64,000 bases of DNA from Octopus vulgaris (taxonomy: Eukaryota), in the NCBI GenBank assembly GCA_951406725.2, contig OX597819.1, positions 41,664,001 to 41,728,000 on the forward strand, given 5' to 3'. This document shows, piece by piece, positions 12,392 through 24,940 of the stretch. Made by a program: the position numbers and the translations under genes. The notes beneath the pieces are model-generated. The model searched no databases and had not been told where the DNA came from. It saw only the letters and a list, made by a program, of their open reading frames with translations. Positions within the stretch are counted from its first letter, which is position 1; the number at the start of each line of letters is the position of its first letter.

Positions 12392-13227
12392 TAGTAGAAG
12401 ACACTTGCCCAAGGTGCCACACAGTGGGACTGAACCTGGAACCATGTGGTTGGTAAACAAGCTACTTACCACACAGCCACTCCTGCGCCTAATATAGATT
12501 TTTTTTAAACCTGTAATTTCATACCTGAGACATTAAAATTATTGAAATGTGGATTATAACCTACAAAATTTTGCAAACACATGTAGTTGAGTGAAATATA
12601 TTACTTCAAGGTGATATTTGCTCTTTTATTTGTATGCCATATATTTTTAGATTTAAATTAATGAAAATACTGACATGTTTTATGAGAAAATGTTTACAAA
12701 AGCAAAAGAAAATTTTAATTCAATTCTTTAACATTAAACTGGCCATATCTAGTCTGAATATTCTACCTGTTTTATGATCAAATCAACCAGATATAGCTTA
12801 TCACACATACTCAGCAACATTATTTGAAAAATAAACATAGGCGTAGGAGTGGCTGTGTGGTAAGTAGCTTTCTTACCAACCGCATGGTTCCAGGTTCAGT
12901 CCTACTGCATGGTACCTTGGGCAAGTGTTTTCTACTATAGCCTTGGGCTGACCAAAGCCTTGTGAGTGGATTTGGCAGACGGAAACTAAAAGAAGCCCGT
13001 CGTATATATGTGTATGTGTGTATGTTTGTGTGTCAGTGTTTGTCTCCCCAACATCGCTTGACAACCGATGCTGGTGTGTTTGCGCCCCTGTAACTTAGCG
13101 GTTTGGCAAAAGAGACCGATAGAATAAGTACTAGGCTTACAAAGAATAAGTCGTGGGGTTGATGTGCTTGACTAAAGGCGGTGCTCCAGCATGGCCACAG
13201 TCAAATGACTGAAACAAGTAAAAGAGT
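12392..13227. repeat. Intronic ~835-bp duplicate of 19424-20250
   Basis: Near-identical unique AT-rich spacer (AATATAGATTTTTTTTAAACCTGTAATTTCATACCTGAGAC...) between an inverted SINE head and a full SINE. Confidence 0.9.
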
Positions 13228-13682
13228 ACATATTTAGCTTTATGACCACAATCTTGGTTGTGAGTCTAAGAAGTTTGCTTTGCAACAATGTGATTTTAGG
13301 TTCAATACCACAGTATGACACTTTGGATAAGTTGTTTGCTGAGTTACAGGTTGCCTGGAGCTTTGTAAGTGAAATTTAATAAGTGGAAACTGGAGAAATC
13401 TGTCAAGGTGACCATTTTTGTTCTTGAGTGGTAGATTTTGTCCATCTCCCAGTTTGATGGTACACCACCTGATTCTTCAGTATATTAAGCAGAAGCTTCT
13501 CTGTTGCAAGTATTTAGACTTGATCTAAGTCTGTAGGTATAGAATGGCTGAATGGTATGGAATTGTAGTGTAAAAATGGGCAACTATTATTTTCTATAAC
13601 CTAAATTCAACCAAATTCCAATTGAGTTACCAAAAGGCACACCAAACATTTATTAGATATTACAATATAACAATCAACTTAC

Positions 13683-13743
13683 TTGTCCTTTCCAAAATGT
13701 ATTACAAAATCTCAATGGATGTCGGTAATTGCATGAAGAATCT
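13683..13743 (-). CDS. DUOX: DUOX-like exon
   Basis: TTTATAG acceptor and GTAAGT donor, 61 nt, DSSCNYRHPLRFCNTFWKGQ (DUOX C...RLC..W motif). Confidence 0.9.
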
Positions 13744-15819
13744 CTATAAAAAGGAAATTAAATTTCAAAAACAATGAAATTTATTAAAATATATTTATAA
13801 ACCAAATGTTTTAGAAGAACTGAAGAACAGGAACATAACCATGAGCAACATATTTGGATAGTTTTCTTTAAAATTCCCAAATATTTATCACAATTTTTTT
13901 CAAAGAGAAATTCATTTTGGAAGGATATTTTAAAACTAGGCACAGGCTATGGTAGAAGGTATGTTGCCTAGTGGTCAAATAACTAGGCTCTTGATTATAA
14001 AGCTGTAGGTTTGATACTTGGTCATTGGAAATACAACATCCTCCTGAGCAAGGGACTTTAATTCCTCCAATCTAGTTGGCAGGCAAAATATTAGGATTAA
14101 TAGAGCACTATCAACATCAAATTAGTGTGACAATATTAATAAGTTATTAGTATGACCAAAACCCTTTAGACATGAAGAGGGATACATTTCACAGTTGACT
14201 GCTAAACCCTACATATTCCCCTTTTTTCACAGACTGTATTAGAGGTGGAAATTGGAAACCTTGTAGTATAGTTTGGCTTAAATCAATATAATTAACACAG
14301 AATATTTGCAGCATAAAAATGTTGACAGGTTTTGGCAGCAACAAGGTTAGATATAGCCAATGCTCTTTGGATGATGAGTCTCACAATGGCAATGAGAAAT
14401 GATTGAGACTGTTGGTGATTTGCTGTGCTTCAGAAGACACACCAAGCTTTGTGAAATTGTAGTTGTGGCTAGTGCTGGTGATACATTAAAAGAGCCTGGT
14501 ACCCTCTGAAGTGGTTGACATTAGGAAGGGCATCCAGTAAGAGAAACCAAGCCAAAACAGGACTGGAACTTGGTGCAGCTCTCTGACTTACCAGTTCTAG
14601 TCAAACTAACCCATGCCAGCATGGAAAATGGATACTAAATGGAGATGATTTAAGTGCAGATTAATATATATGATATAGTAAATCAAAAGTAATTTTTAAT
14701 CAAATGAAATTATATCTGTAATTTGAGTTAATGATAAATTTTATCAAGTAAAGCAAGAGAGATAACTTCCAAATCCAAATTGATTAAAAATTGTTTGGTG
14801 GTATGAAGTAGAGAGTGAATGTCTTACTTGGACTTAACAAACCTAAGAATAGTTGTGAGAATAAGGCATTTGAATGAAAAACGTGCACTGATTCACCAAT
14901 TTAAAATAATGAAATAGGAAAACTTCCTGTATTAATGAAATAGCTAAGTGGAGGCTAACATATTCTATGTAGTAAATCAATATTCCAAGAATTAAAATAC
15001 CAATTCTTTTCCAGGCCTTTTATCTATATAAATTCACAAAGTAATAAACCTAAGAATTATAGAATAAACTTTGTTAATACTGTATAATGTTCTGTACTTT
15101 TTATTTTTCAGAAATTTATTAAAAGAATCTCTAATTAAACTCAAAGACACATTAAAAAAAACTTTCTTTTATTAATTCTGTGATAACTAACAATAATTAT
15201 ATATTGGATTCAGTATTTACGTGACTATAACTCATGAATAACCCTAATTGATTAAGGAATAATGAACTTGAGTCAAACATGCAAAAATGTTAGATGTTGT
15301 ACTGGCAACAGTTAATCCAGTTTCTTCAGATTCTAACCTGACCAGTTTCACAAAAACTTGACCCCCTAGAAATAGCTTCTGTTTCAAACGATGACCAAAA
15401 CAGCATGGTGTGTATTTTAGCATTATCAGTCATAATTATCAACATTATCATTATCACCACTATCAATGTGCTTAGCAACATTTCATCTATCTTTATGATC
15501 CGAGATCAAATTCAGCTGAAGTCAACTTTGCTTTTTATCCTTTCAGGGTCAATAAAATAAGTAACTGTAAAACACTGGGGTTGATGTCATCAACTAGTCT
15601 CCTCTACTACTTTGTCTTTCAACAGTATTTTTTCCCATTCTTTACAATCTCAGTTCAAATGCTGCCAAGGTTAACTTTACCTTTCATCCTTTCAAGGTTG
15701 ATTAAATAAGTACCACTCAAGCACTAAGGCTGATGTAATCAACTGGCCTACTCTCACCCAAATATCAGGCCTTGTGCCTATAGTAAAAAGAATTATGATT
15801 AGTAGCAAAAAATAATTAC

Positions 15820-15916
15820 CTGCGATAAATGACAGATGGCATCAATGTCAAATAGTAGTTCATAACAACAGCATCGTAAATCGCAGACAAACTAGGATCA
15901 ACACTTGGTTTGTAAC
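15820..15916 (-). CDS. DUOX: DUOX-like exon (proximal-heme helix region)
   Basis: AG/GT boundaries, 97 nt, (G)YKPSVDPSLSAIYDAVVMNYYLTLMPSVIYR(R). Phase-consistent. Confidence 0.9.
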
Positions 15917-15999
15917 CTAATAAAATGCAACACAGAAGCTTAATTATTCAGAAATACAAGCCAAACAATATTCAACATTTAATTAGGGATCAATATTAA

Positions 16000-16220
16000 C
16001 CCTTTAGTGTTTAAACTGACCATATCCAGCCCGAATATTTTTTCTGTTTTATGTTCAAACAGGCCACACCCAGCCTCTCACACCTAGCCGCTAACATCAT
16101 TCTAAAAGTAAACAATTGCTTCATCAAAATCTCAAAATTATGAGACAATGCATGGATTAATTCAAAAGAATATGAATAAATAAGCATTACATGTGACTAA
16201 GTAATCCGAATACTAAAGGA
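16000..16220. mobile_element. piggyBac-like MITE
   Basis: TTAA|CCCTTTAG...CTAAAGGA|TTAA. Confidence 0.65.
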
Positions 16221-17717
16221 TTAAAAAGAAACAGAAATATTAGAAATAATTATGTGGTGAGGGAAAGGGAAAATGACAAAGTTTATCACAATGACAAATA
16301 TTTTAATCATTTCAGTAAGCATGGGAGATAACTCCATGTATGTTTAAGCTTTATAAGGCCTCCGCAAAGCATAAACTTCATTGTATTTTCCAACCAGTTA
16401 TGAGAAAATAGGTATGCTCATTTGTAATAAACAAAGAGACAAATTTTAGGGAAACTTTTAGTAAATGCAGAATGAAAACTAATATTTACACCTTGTCTTC
16501 ACATGCTTTCTTCTCTTTCTCCAAGGCAATAATTCTATTAAGGATAATGTTTAAAGTATTGTGAAATCTTTGCAATGTTTACAAAGCAGAAGATTTTTCT
16601 AAGTTTTCACATTAGATATTAAGCATTATTAACATTTAATGTGTTATTTGGTGAGGGATCAAATCAGAATGTATTTGATTTTATGTAATAATGATGATGA
16701 TCTTTTCTAATATAGACACAAGGTCTGAAATTTTGAGGGACAAGGCTAGTTGTACACTAAGTCCCATGCTCAACTGGTACTTGTTTTATAAGCTGTTAAA
16801 GGATGAAATTCGAATTCAGAACATGAATAACTAGAAGAAATGCCACTAAGCATTTTGTCTGATGTTATAATGGTTCTTTCCACCTTAATAATGGTTTCAA
16901 ATTTTGGCACTAGCCAACAGGTTCATATGGGGTGGGACTGGCTAGTCAATTACATAAGCCTTAATAGTCAACCTCAGTGTATTTGAACTCAGTGTATTTG
17001 AACTCAAAATGTAAAGATGGACAAAATGCCAGTAAACATTTTGGTTGGCATGCTTACAATTCTACCAACTTGCTACCTTAATAAAAAGGGTTAGAAGAAT
17101 TTTGGCACAATGCCAGCAATCTGAGATGAAATTTATGGATAGTATTGATTTGACTGGTACCTCAGATTTTGTCCTTAATGGTTTATTCAAAACCATTAAG
17201 AGCAAAACCTATGATACAATTCAAAGTAATATTATTTGTATACGTGTGTACGTACATACATACATAAATTATTTTTTTATCATTATGTAGAAATAATTTC
17301 TTTTATATTTGGATAACAAGAATTTGTACTAATAATTTGCTCATTACTTTTATAAACAAATTATTATTGGTTCAAATGCTAATGGCGTTAGATTTGATTC
17401 AAACTTTTCCGCAAATAGAACTCTTGAGACTTAGAATGCAAACCAAAATCTACTGTAGAAGAAAATACACTTACATATTATTTGAAATAGATTTTATGCC
17501 AAAAAAAAAAAAAATATCTAAAGGAATCGATGATTCAAATCAGCCATATCCGACCCAAATATTCAATCTGTTTTATATTCAAATTAGCCAGGTCTGGCCT
17601 TTCACACCCAGCTTACAAAATCATTCTAAAAATAAACAATTACATCATTGAAATCTCTAAGCAACAAGATAACATAAGAGAAATTCAAAACAATGTGAAT
17701 AATTTAAGCATTGCATA

Positions 17718-18022
17718 TCTTTATATATAAAACTGAAGTTGTGTGAGAGTCTGTCTCCTCCGATTTAGATTCCTAACTACTCCCACATTTTGCGGTGCAG
17801 TTTAACCAAAAGCGGGTATCTTATAGTCGTGATTCATATCGAGCCCTTCTGGGTATTAGTGCGCGTCTACGAGGAGTCTACGATTTAAAAAAAAAATTTC
17901 CCATCATTTTTCGTTTTTTTTATGCATTTTTTGCTTTGTTTATATAAGGGAAGTAACTCTCTAAAAATGCTTATATAGTTATTTCCCTTACAAACCCGAG
18001 CAACGCCGGGTGATACTGCTAG
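17718..18022 (+). mobile_element. Non-autonomous Helitron
   Basis: 5' TC after A. 3' hairpin CCCGAGCAACGCCGGG followed by CTAG|T. No TSD. Confidence 0.75.
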
Positions 18023-18101
18023 TCCTTAATAATGTGAATAATTAAGCATTGTAATCTGAAAGCTAAAGGGTTAAAGTGGCTCAAAAAATGTAAAACCTTA
18101 C

Positions 18102-18162
18102 CTTGATAGGGTTCAACAGTTTCATTGAGGAATGTTGGTAGCCATTCATAAATTACAATGTT
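18102..18162 (-). CDS. DUOX: DUOX-like exon
   Basis: AG/GT boundaries, 61 nt, NIVIYEWLPTFLNETVEPYQ(G). Phase fits both neighbours. Confidence 0.93.
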
Positions 18163-19130
18163 CTATAAAATAAATATAACAATAAATACAGATTCAAATT
18201 CTACATGAAATTGTGTGGTTAACAAATTTGCTTCCCAACCATATGGTTTCAGGTTCAGTCCCACTGTGTAGTATCTTGGACATGTGTCTTCTATAGCATT
18301 TTGGGGCTAACCAAAGCATTGTGAGTGGATTTGGTAGGTGAAAATTGAAAGAAGTGTGTGTGTGTGTGTCTCCTTGTCTTGACAGTCCATGGTACGTTTA
18401 TGTCCCTGTAACTTAGCAGTTCAACAAAAAAGACTGACAGAAAAAGTACTAGGCTTACAAAGAGTCCTGGAGTCAATTTTCTCAACTAAAGGTGGTGCTC
18501 CAGCATGGCTGCAGTCAAATGACAAACAAGTAAAGGAAAAAAAATACTGTCTTTATGTATGACAACTATTTCTCAGAACTTATTTTCATATCAAGGTCAT
18601 AGTAGCAAGCAAAGAACTGTACACAAGTTGACAAGGATATACTACATGTAGAGCAGAATATTAAAAAACAAAAAACCTTTCATTCCTGCATAAATAGCTC
18701 TGGGTCAATGAAAAGACCTCTATATGGTCCCTAGAGCTACTAGGATCATATAGTATTTTTGCAGCCAAATATTCCTTAAATTATATCTGTTATATTTCCA
18801 TTCCCATCTAAAAAGGATATTTCACTTTCAGTCCTTTTCATTAAAGCAGTACTGAATGAAACTGCATTAAATTAGCTAATCCTGAAATGCACAATATCAC
18901 AAGAATCATACTAACTTTGTTTACATTCATTTTGAAGGAAGTGAAAGATTATGTAAGAAAAAGAACTAAAATTCCCTATTTTATTATTCCTTTCTTGCTC
19001 TGTAACAGAATCATTACAGGACTGGGTTTTTGACTTAGAAATTTTCAACAAGATACTTTAGTACATAAATTTCCAAAGATTATTGAATCATAGAAAAGGT
19101 TTTGTAATAACAAAGAAAATAACATCTACC

Positions 19131-19327
19131 CTTACTCTTTTACTTGTTTCAGTCATTTGACTGCGGCCATGCTGGAGCACCACCTTTAATCAAGCAACTT
19201 GACCCCAGGACTTATTCTATCGGTCTCTTTTTGCCGAACCGCTAAGTGACAGGGACATAAACACACCAGCATCGGTTGTCAAGCAATGTTGGATGGGATA
19301 AACACAGACACACAAACACACACGCAC

Positions 19328-19358
<31 letters not shown>

Positions 19359-19521
19359 CGACGGGCTTCTTTCAGTTTCTGTCTACCAAATCCACTCACA
19401 AGGCTTTGGTTGGCCCAAGGCTATAGTAGAAGACACTTGCCCAAGATGCCACACAGTGGGACTGAACCTGGAACCATGTGGTTGGTAAACAAGCTACTTA
19501 CCACACAGCCACTCCTGCGCC
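19131..19521 (-). mobile_element. SINE family 1
   Basis: Full-length reverse copy. Confidence 0.85.
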
Positions 19522-19865
19522 TAATATAGATTTTTTTTAAACCTGTAATTTCATACCTGAGACATTAAAATTATTGAAATGTGGATTATAACCTACAAAA
19601 TTTTGCAAACACATGTAGTTGAGTGAAATATATTACTTCAAGGTGATATTTGCTCTTTTATTTGTATGCCATATATTTTTAGATTTAAATTAATGAAAAT
19701 ACTGACATGTTTTATGAGAAAATGTTTACAAAAACAAAAGAAAATTTTAATTCAATTCTTTAACATTAAACTGGCTAGTCTGAATATTCTACCTATTTTA
19801 TGATCAAATCAGCCAGATATAGCTTATCACACATACTCAGCAACATTATTTGAAAAATAAACATA

Positions 19866-20260
19866 GGCGTAGGAGTGGCTGGGTGGTAAGTAGCTTTCTT
19901 ACCAACCGCATGGTTCCGGGTTCAGTCCCACTGCATGGTACCTTGGGCAAGTGTTTTCTACTATAGCCTCGGGCTGACCAAAGCCTTGTGAGTGGATTTG
20001 GTAGATGGAAACTAAAAGAAGCCCATCGTATATATGTGTATGTGTGTATGTTTGTGTGTGTGTTTGTCTCCCCAACATCGCTTGACAACTGATGCTGGTG
20101 TGTTTGCGCCCCTGTAACTTAGGGGTTTGGTAAAAGAGACCGATAGAATAAGTACTAGGCTTACAAAGAATAAGTCGTGGGGTTGATGTGCTCGATTAAA
20201 GGCAGTGCTCCAGCATGGCCACAGTCAAATGACTGAAACAAGTAAAAGACAGTAAAAGAG
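19866..20260 (+). mobile_element. SINE family 1 inserted in a piggyBac-like MITE
   Basis: Full-length copy with AATAAACA on both sides. Confidence 0.85.
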
Positions 20261-20400
20261 AATAAACAATCACATCCTCAAAATACTGAAGTTTCAAGAT
20301 AATGCAGGATCGATATAAAACAATGTAAATAAATAAGCATTGCATTTGATAGAATAATTTGAATGCAAAACGGTTAAAATGAATAATGTTTTATATTTAC

Positions 20401-20564
20401 CTGTAATGAAGCAATTACCCAACTTCGAGCTTTATAAAATAATTCATCAGCATTCCTTTCAAAATGTGGCTTAAATTCATCAACAAGGTAATTGTGCCAC
20501 CGAAAGAACAACACACTTAGTGTAATAAGAGCAGGATTTTCATGTGCATGGTGATTACCGAATT
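20401..20564 (-). CDS. DUOX: DUOX-like gene, 5'-most exon seen (peroxidase-homology domain)
   Basis: AG/GT boundaries. Translates FGNHHAHENPALITLSVLFFRWHNYLVDEFKPHFERNADELFYKARSWVIASLQ, matching the DUOX NP..L...LF.RWHN...AR..VIASLQ block. Ends in phase 0. Confidence 0.93.
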
Positions 20565-20691
20565 CTGAAATTCAATGATCAGTGAATCATGTTATTAAGT
20601 GGTGATAACAATTATAGTTTGGTTGAAGTTGGTTTAAATGCTTACTTCTCTTTGATATGTATTAAAATTATCATACTTATTACATTGTCAG

Positions 20692-20729
20692 CCCTCTATG
20701 TTTAGCCCCTGGTGAGCAATAAAGAAATA
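20692..20729 (+). mobile_element. 38-bp 5'-truncated Tx1/SINE2 tail insertion
   Basis: CCCTCTATGTTTAGCCCCTGGTGAGCAATAAAGAAATA flanked by a 10-bp TSD ACATTGTCAG. Confidence 0.75.
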
Positions 20730-21354
20730 ACATTGTCAGTGCCATCTTGACTTTATTTTTATATCCCTGAGTTATTTCCCTTGATCTTTGCAGAAGTGCA
20801 TGCACACACAGACACGCACATACAAACACATACCTATATGTTCTATCACTCTTTTACTCCTTTGTCTCAGTCATTTGACTGCAGCCATGCTGGAGCACCG
20901 CCTTTAGTCGAGCAAATAGACCTCAGGACCAGCATCAGTTGTCAAGCGATACCTCCCTCCCCCTCTCTCTCATATATATATAATACAAAGTAAGTTAGGG
21001 GTTATGGATGTAACCCACTAAGGGATATTATCTATCCAATATACTATTGGAAAAGTACCCAGATTCTTAATACATAAATGTATTTAATTGCAATGCAATT
21101 AACTCATTTATTGTATTAAACAAGGGAAGGTAAAGAAGTATTTTTACCATAAATTTATAATACAAATAAGAAAATGGAGAAACAAATTTAGTTTGTTCAT
21201 CAACTTTCAGATATTAGAATGTTGGATTATTTATTCATTTAACAAAATGAGAACCTTAATAGCATACATATATATCTTATAATTCAATACATATAAGATA
21301 AGAATACAAATTATAAAAATCATAATATAAATTATTGAAATCATTAAAGCACTT

Positions 21355-21490
21355 CTTACAGCTGTTTCAGCCTATGATTAAAAGTAGTTATTTTTATTTT
21401 TATTGCCTATAGTTGTCAACATAATGAGGTTATAGGCACTTAAAAATAGGGTACTTATATATATATATATAACCATAGGCCTCGTCAGAG
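21355..21490 (-). ncRNA. Hammerhead motif with long stem II in PLE-derived repeat
   Basis: CTGACGA-GGCCTATGGTTA...TAATCATAGGCT-GAAAC-AGCT-GTA. The core is intact but stem I is only ~2 bp. Confidence 0.55.
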
Positions 21491-22069
21491 GTTATAAGGG
21501 TGCATGTATGTTTGTGTATATGTGAGTTTTATACGGTTTATTTTTGTATATATCTATTCATGTCTTAACTTACAATTGTATTGATTATTGTAGGAACTCT
21601 TTGTTTACATTTAATATCTAAAAGTTAATTTAAAGATATACATTGTTAATACAAGAGACTAACATGATTTATTTACTTAATAATTAGACCTTCTATTATC
21701 TAACAACAGATCAAGCATATAAATTCAAATGTATTAACCAGTTAGAAATAACTTGAGATTTAAAATAATCGCTCCCTAATCCCCAATAATTTTGAAACTC
21801 TAGAATATTAATATAACATAAAGCATAGCTATTATAGCTTATCTATCATACATAATCAAAAGCTTTATTTTTTGTTGAATTATTCTACGATATTATATTA
21901 TTTAGATGGATATAAATACAAATATAGGTATAATATTAACTTCAACTTTGACGAAAAGAAAAAAATACTCATTTGAATTTTACACTTGAACTTGTTTGTA
22001 TTAAGAGGATATATATACTGAAAACCATAGTCTAACTGTATGTTTTATATATTTATATGCATGTATATT

Positions 22070-22110
<41 letters not shown>

Positions 22111-22761
22111 TTATTTGTATGGATTGTTGATTGTTTATCTGGTATTATAATATTTGATATGTTAGAATCTATTATAATATGTATTGTCAAGTGAAGATTA
22201 CTATAAATATAATAATATTGTTATTATCGATCAACATAATATTATTATTATTAATAATTTATTATTATTTATGTGGTCATAAGCATAGACATGTGTATAT
22301 GTTCCAGTATATGTGTGTATATATATATATATGTATATGACGAATGCTATATTTACTTGGACCTATTGTCTAATTGTGTTTATTTATGTATTTTACACAT
22401 GTAAAAGTATATACACTCTCCTTATGTATGTATATGTGTATATATGCATATGTCTATATGGATATTTGTTCAGATTTTTTATATACATTAAATAATACGT
22501 GTACCATGTTTAATGTATTAATATTGATATTTTAAAATTCCTTATAACCTCTGACGAGGCCTATGGTTATATATATAGGTACCCTTATATGGTTATATAT
22601 ATAATTACAACTGCTTAAAAAGAATCTTACAATATCATGAACAATTTTATGATTTTATTTAAAATTCTGAATCCATGCATATTCTCTGATGAAGGAAATG
22701 TGGATTACTGAAATTGGCAAGGATTTACCTATACATGTCTTCACACGTTCCTGGATGTATC

Positions 22762-22861
22762 NNNNNNNNNNNNNNNNNNNNNNNNNNNNNNNNNNNNNNN
22801 NNNNNNNNNNNNNNNNNNNNNNNNNNNNNNNNNNNNNNNNNNNNNNNNNNNNNNNNNNNNN
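22762..22861. other. Assembly gap (100 N)
   Basis: Run of exactly 100 n, typical of a placeholder for a gap of unknown size. Confidence 0.99.
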
Positions 22862-23639
22862 CAAGATTTTGGGCTCAATAAATTTATAATCAGTAATTCT
22901 TTTCCGTATACGTATTCGTTCAGTGTATGAACATTACCGACTTGTGGAGTTATGCTGAACAACTGTAAGACGCTCACACCGCCGCCTTGTGTGTGTGTGT
23001 GTGTTGGTAAGGAAGTTTTATTTCTGTTTGATTATTAAGAGGCGAAAGAATAAAACGTAGTGAACGTGACTGGGAGAATTAACGATAAGGTTCTTCCTCT
23101 CTGATCAAGCCTTCATCAAATCTTTCAAGTACCATCTGAACAGAAGAAAGGTGAAGGCAGAGTGATAAGTGATGATGTTGAGCTATGCGTAACCGAACGG
23201 GCTCACTAACTATAGACAAGTGGCTGTAAGCTAGAGACCACAACTGGTAAAGCTTACTTGCCATTGGTTGTCAAAGTAATCTAGGATTATTACACTTTGA
23301 GTATACACCTTTTTACCTTGAGCTGGAAAAATATTAAGTTTGTTGTTGGGCATTTTCGCTTTATTTTATATTAAATTTACTTGTTTAACAACATTTCTTC
23401 GTCTGACGAAAACGCCCCGAAAAATTATAGATAGGTTTTTGGCAATTTTGTAAACACGAACATGAGTTTAAAAACGAGCAAGTTTGACAAAAAAGTAAAA
23501 ACACATAACACTTAAACACGGGAAAACTCGGATATTTGTACTGTACATAAAATATGACGGAATTTCACCTCTGGCAAAAACAAAGATGGAAACAAACACG
23601 GTAAATCTTTACCAGTGTTGCAGCTAAAAAATAATTCTA

Positions 23640-23753
23640 AGGGTTCAGTTCCACTGCGTGGTACCTTGGGCAAATGTCTTCTACTATAGCCTTGGGCCGA
23701 CCAAAGCCTTGTGAGTGGATTTGGTAGATGGAAGCTGAAAGAAGCCCGTCGTA

Positions 23754-23784
<31 letters not shown>

Positions 23785-23988
23785 CTGTGTTTGTCCCCCA
23801 CCCCAATATCGCTTGCCAACCGATGGTGGTGTGTTTACGTCCCCGTAACTTAGCAGTTCGGCAACAGAGAGCGATAGAATAAGTACTAGGCTTACAAAGA
23901 ATAAGTCCTGGGGTCGATTTGCTCGACTAAAGGCGGTGCTCCAGCATGGCCACAGTCAAATGACTGAAACAAGTAAAAGAGTAAGAGT
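23640..23988 (+). mobile_element. SINE family 1 (5'-truncated)
   Basis: Begins at the B box. Body and tail match family 1. Confidence 0.8.
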
Positions 23989-24044
23989 GTGTTTGAACTC
24001 TTAAAATAAATAAATAAATAATAATGATGATGATGATGATGATT

Positions 24045-24940
24045 TTAAATTTTGGCACAAGGCCAGTAATTTCGGGGGAAGAGATGTAAGTCGATTACAT
24101 CGACCTCCGTGTTTAACTGAACTCTGAAAGGCAAAGTCGATCCCGGCAGCATTTAAACTCAGAATGTAAAGACAGACGAAAAGCCGTTAAGCATTTTGTC
24201 CGGCGTGTTAACGATCTAATCGACCTCTCCCTTCCCCGAAATTGCTGGCCTTGTGCCAAAACTTGAAAGCTATATTAAGGTGGTGAACTGGTAGAATCGT
24301 TAGCACGTCGAGCAAAAATGCTTAGCGGCATTTCGTCCGTCTTTACGTTCTGAGTTCAAATTCCACTGAGGTCGGCTTTGCCTATTATCCTTTCGGGAGT
24401 CGATAAATTAAGTACCAGTTGAGTACAGGGGTCGATGTAGTCGACTATCCCCTCCCCCAAATTTCAGGCCTTGTACCTATTGTGGAAAGGTTTATTATTA
24501 TTATTACTACTACTACTACTATTATTATTATTATTATAATTGTGAAGGTGGTGAGCCGGCAGAATCGTTAGCATGCCGGGCGAAATACTTAGCGGTATTT
24601 CGTCTGCCGCTACGTTCTGAGTTCGAATTCCGCTGAGGTCAACTTTGCCTTTCATCCTTTCGGGGTCGATTAAATAAGTATCAGTTACGCACTGGGATCG
24701 ATATAATCGACTTAATCCGTTTGTCCTTGTTTATCCCCTCTGTGTGTAGCCCCTTGTGGGCGGTAAAGAAATAGGTATTTCGTCTGCCGCTACGTTCTGA
24801 GTTCAAATTCCGCTGAGGTCGACTTTGCCTTTCATACTTTCGGGGTCGAAAGTACAGCTGAGTACTGGAGTCAATATAATCGACTTATCCCTTCCCCACC
24901 AAATTCCAGGCCTTGTGCCTTCAGTAGTAAGGATTATCAT
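24045..24940. mobile_element. Cluster of SINE family 2 copies, including a nested Tx1-tailed copy
   Basis: Repeated GGCAGAATCGTTAGC...GCCTTTCATCCTTTCGGGGTCGAT core (resembles the MetaSINE-type domain). Tail junction at 24773|24774. Confidence 0.8.

Noticed and set aside
23255-23285. Possible 23-nt minus-strand micro-exon ending in GTAAGC
   Set aside because: Weak acceptor and no recognisable DUOX peptide.
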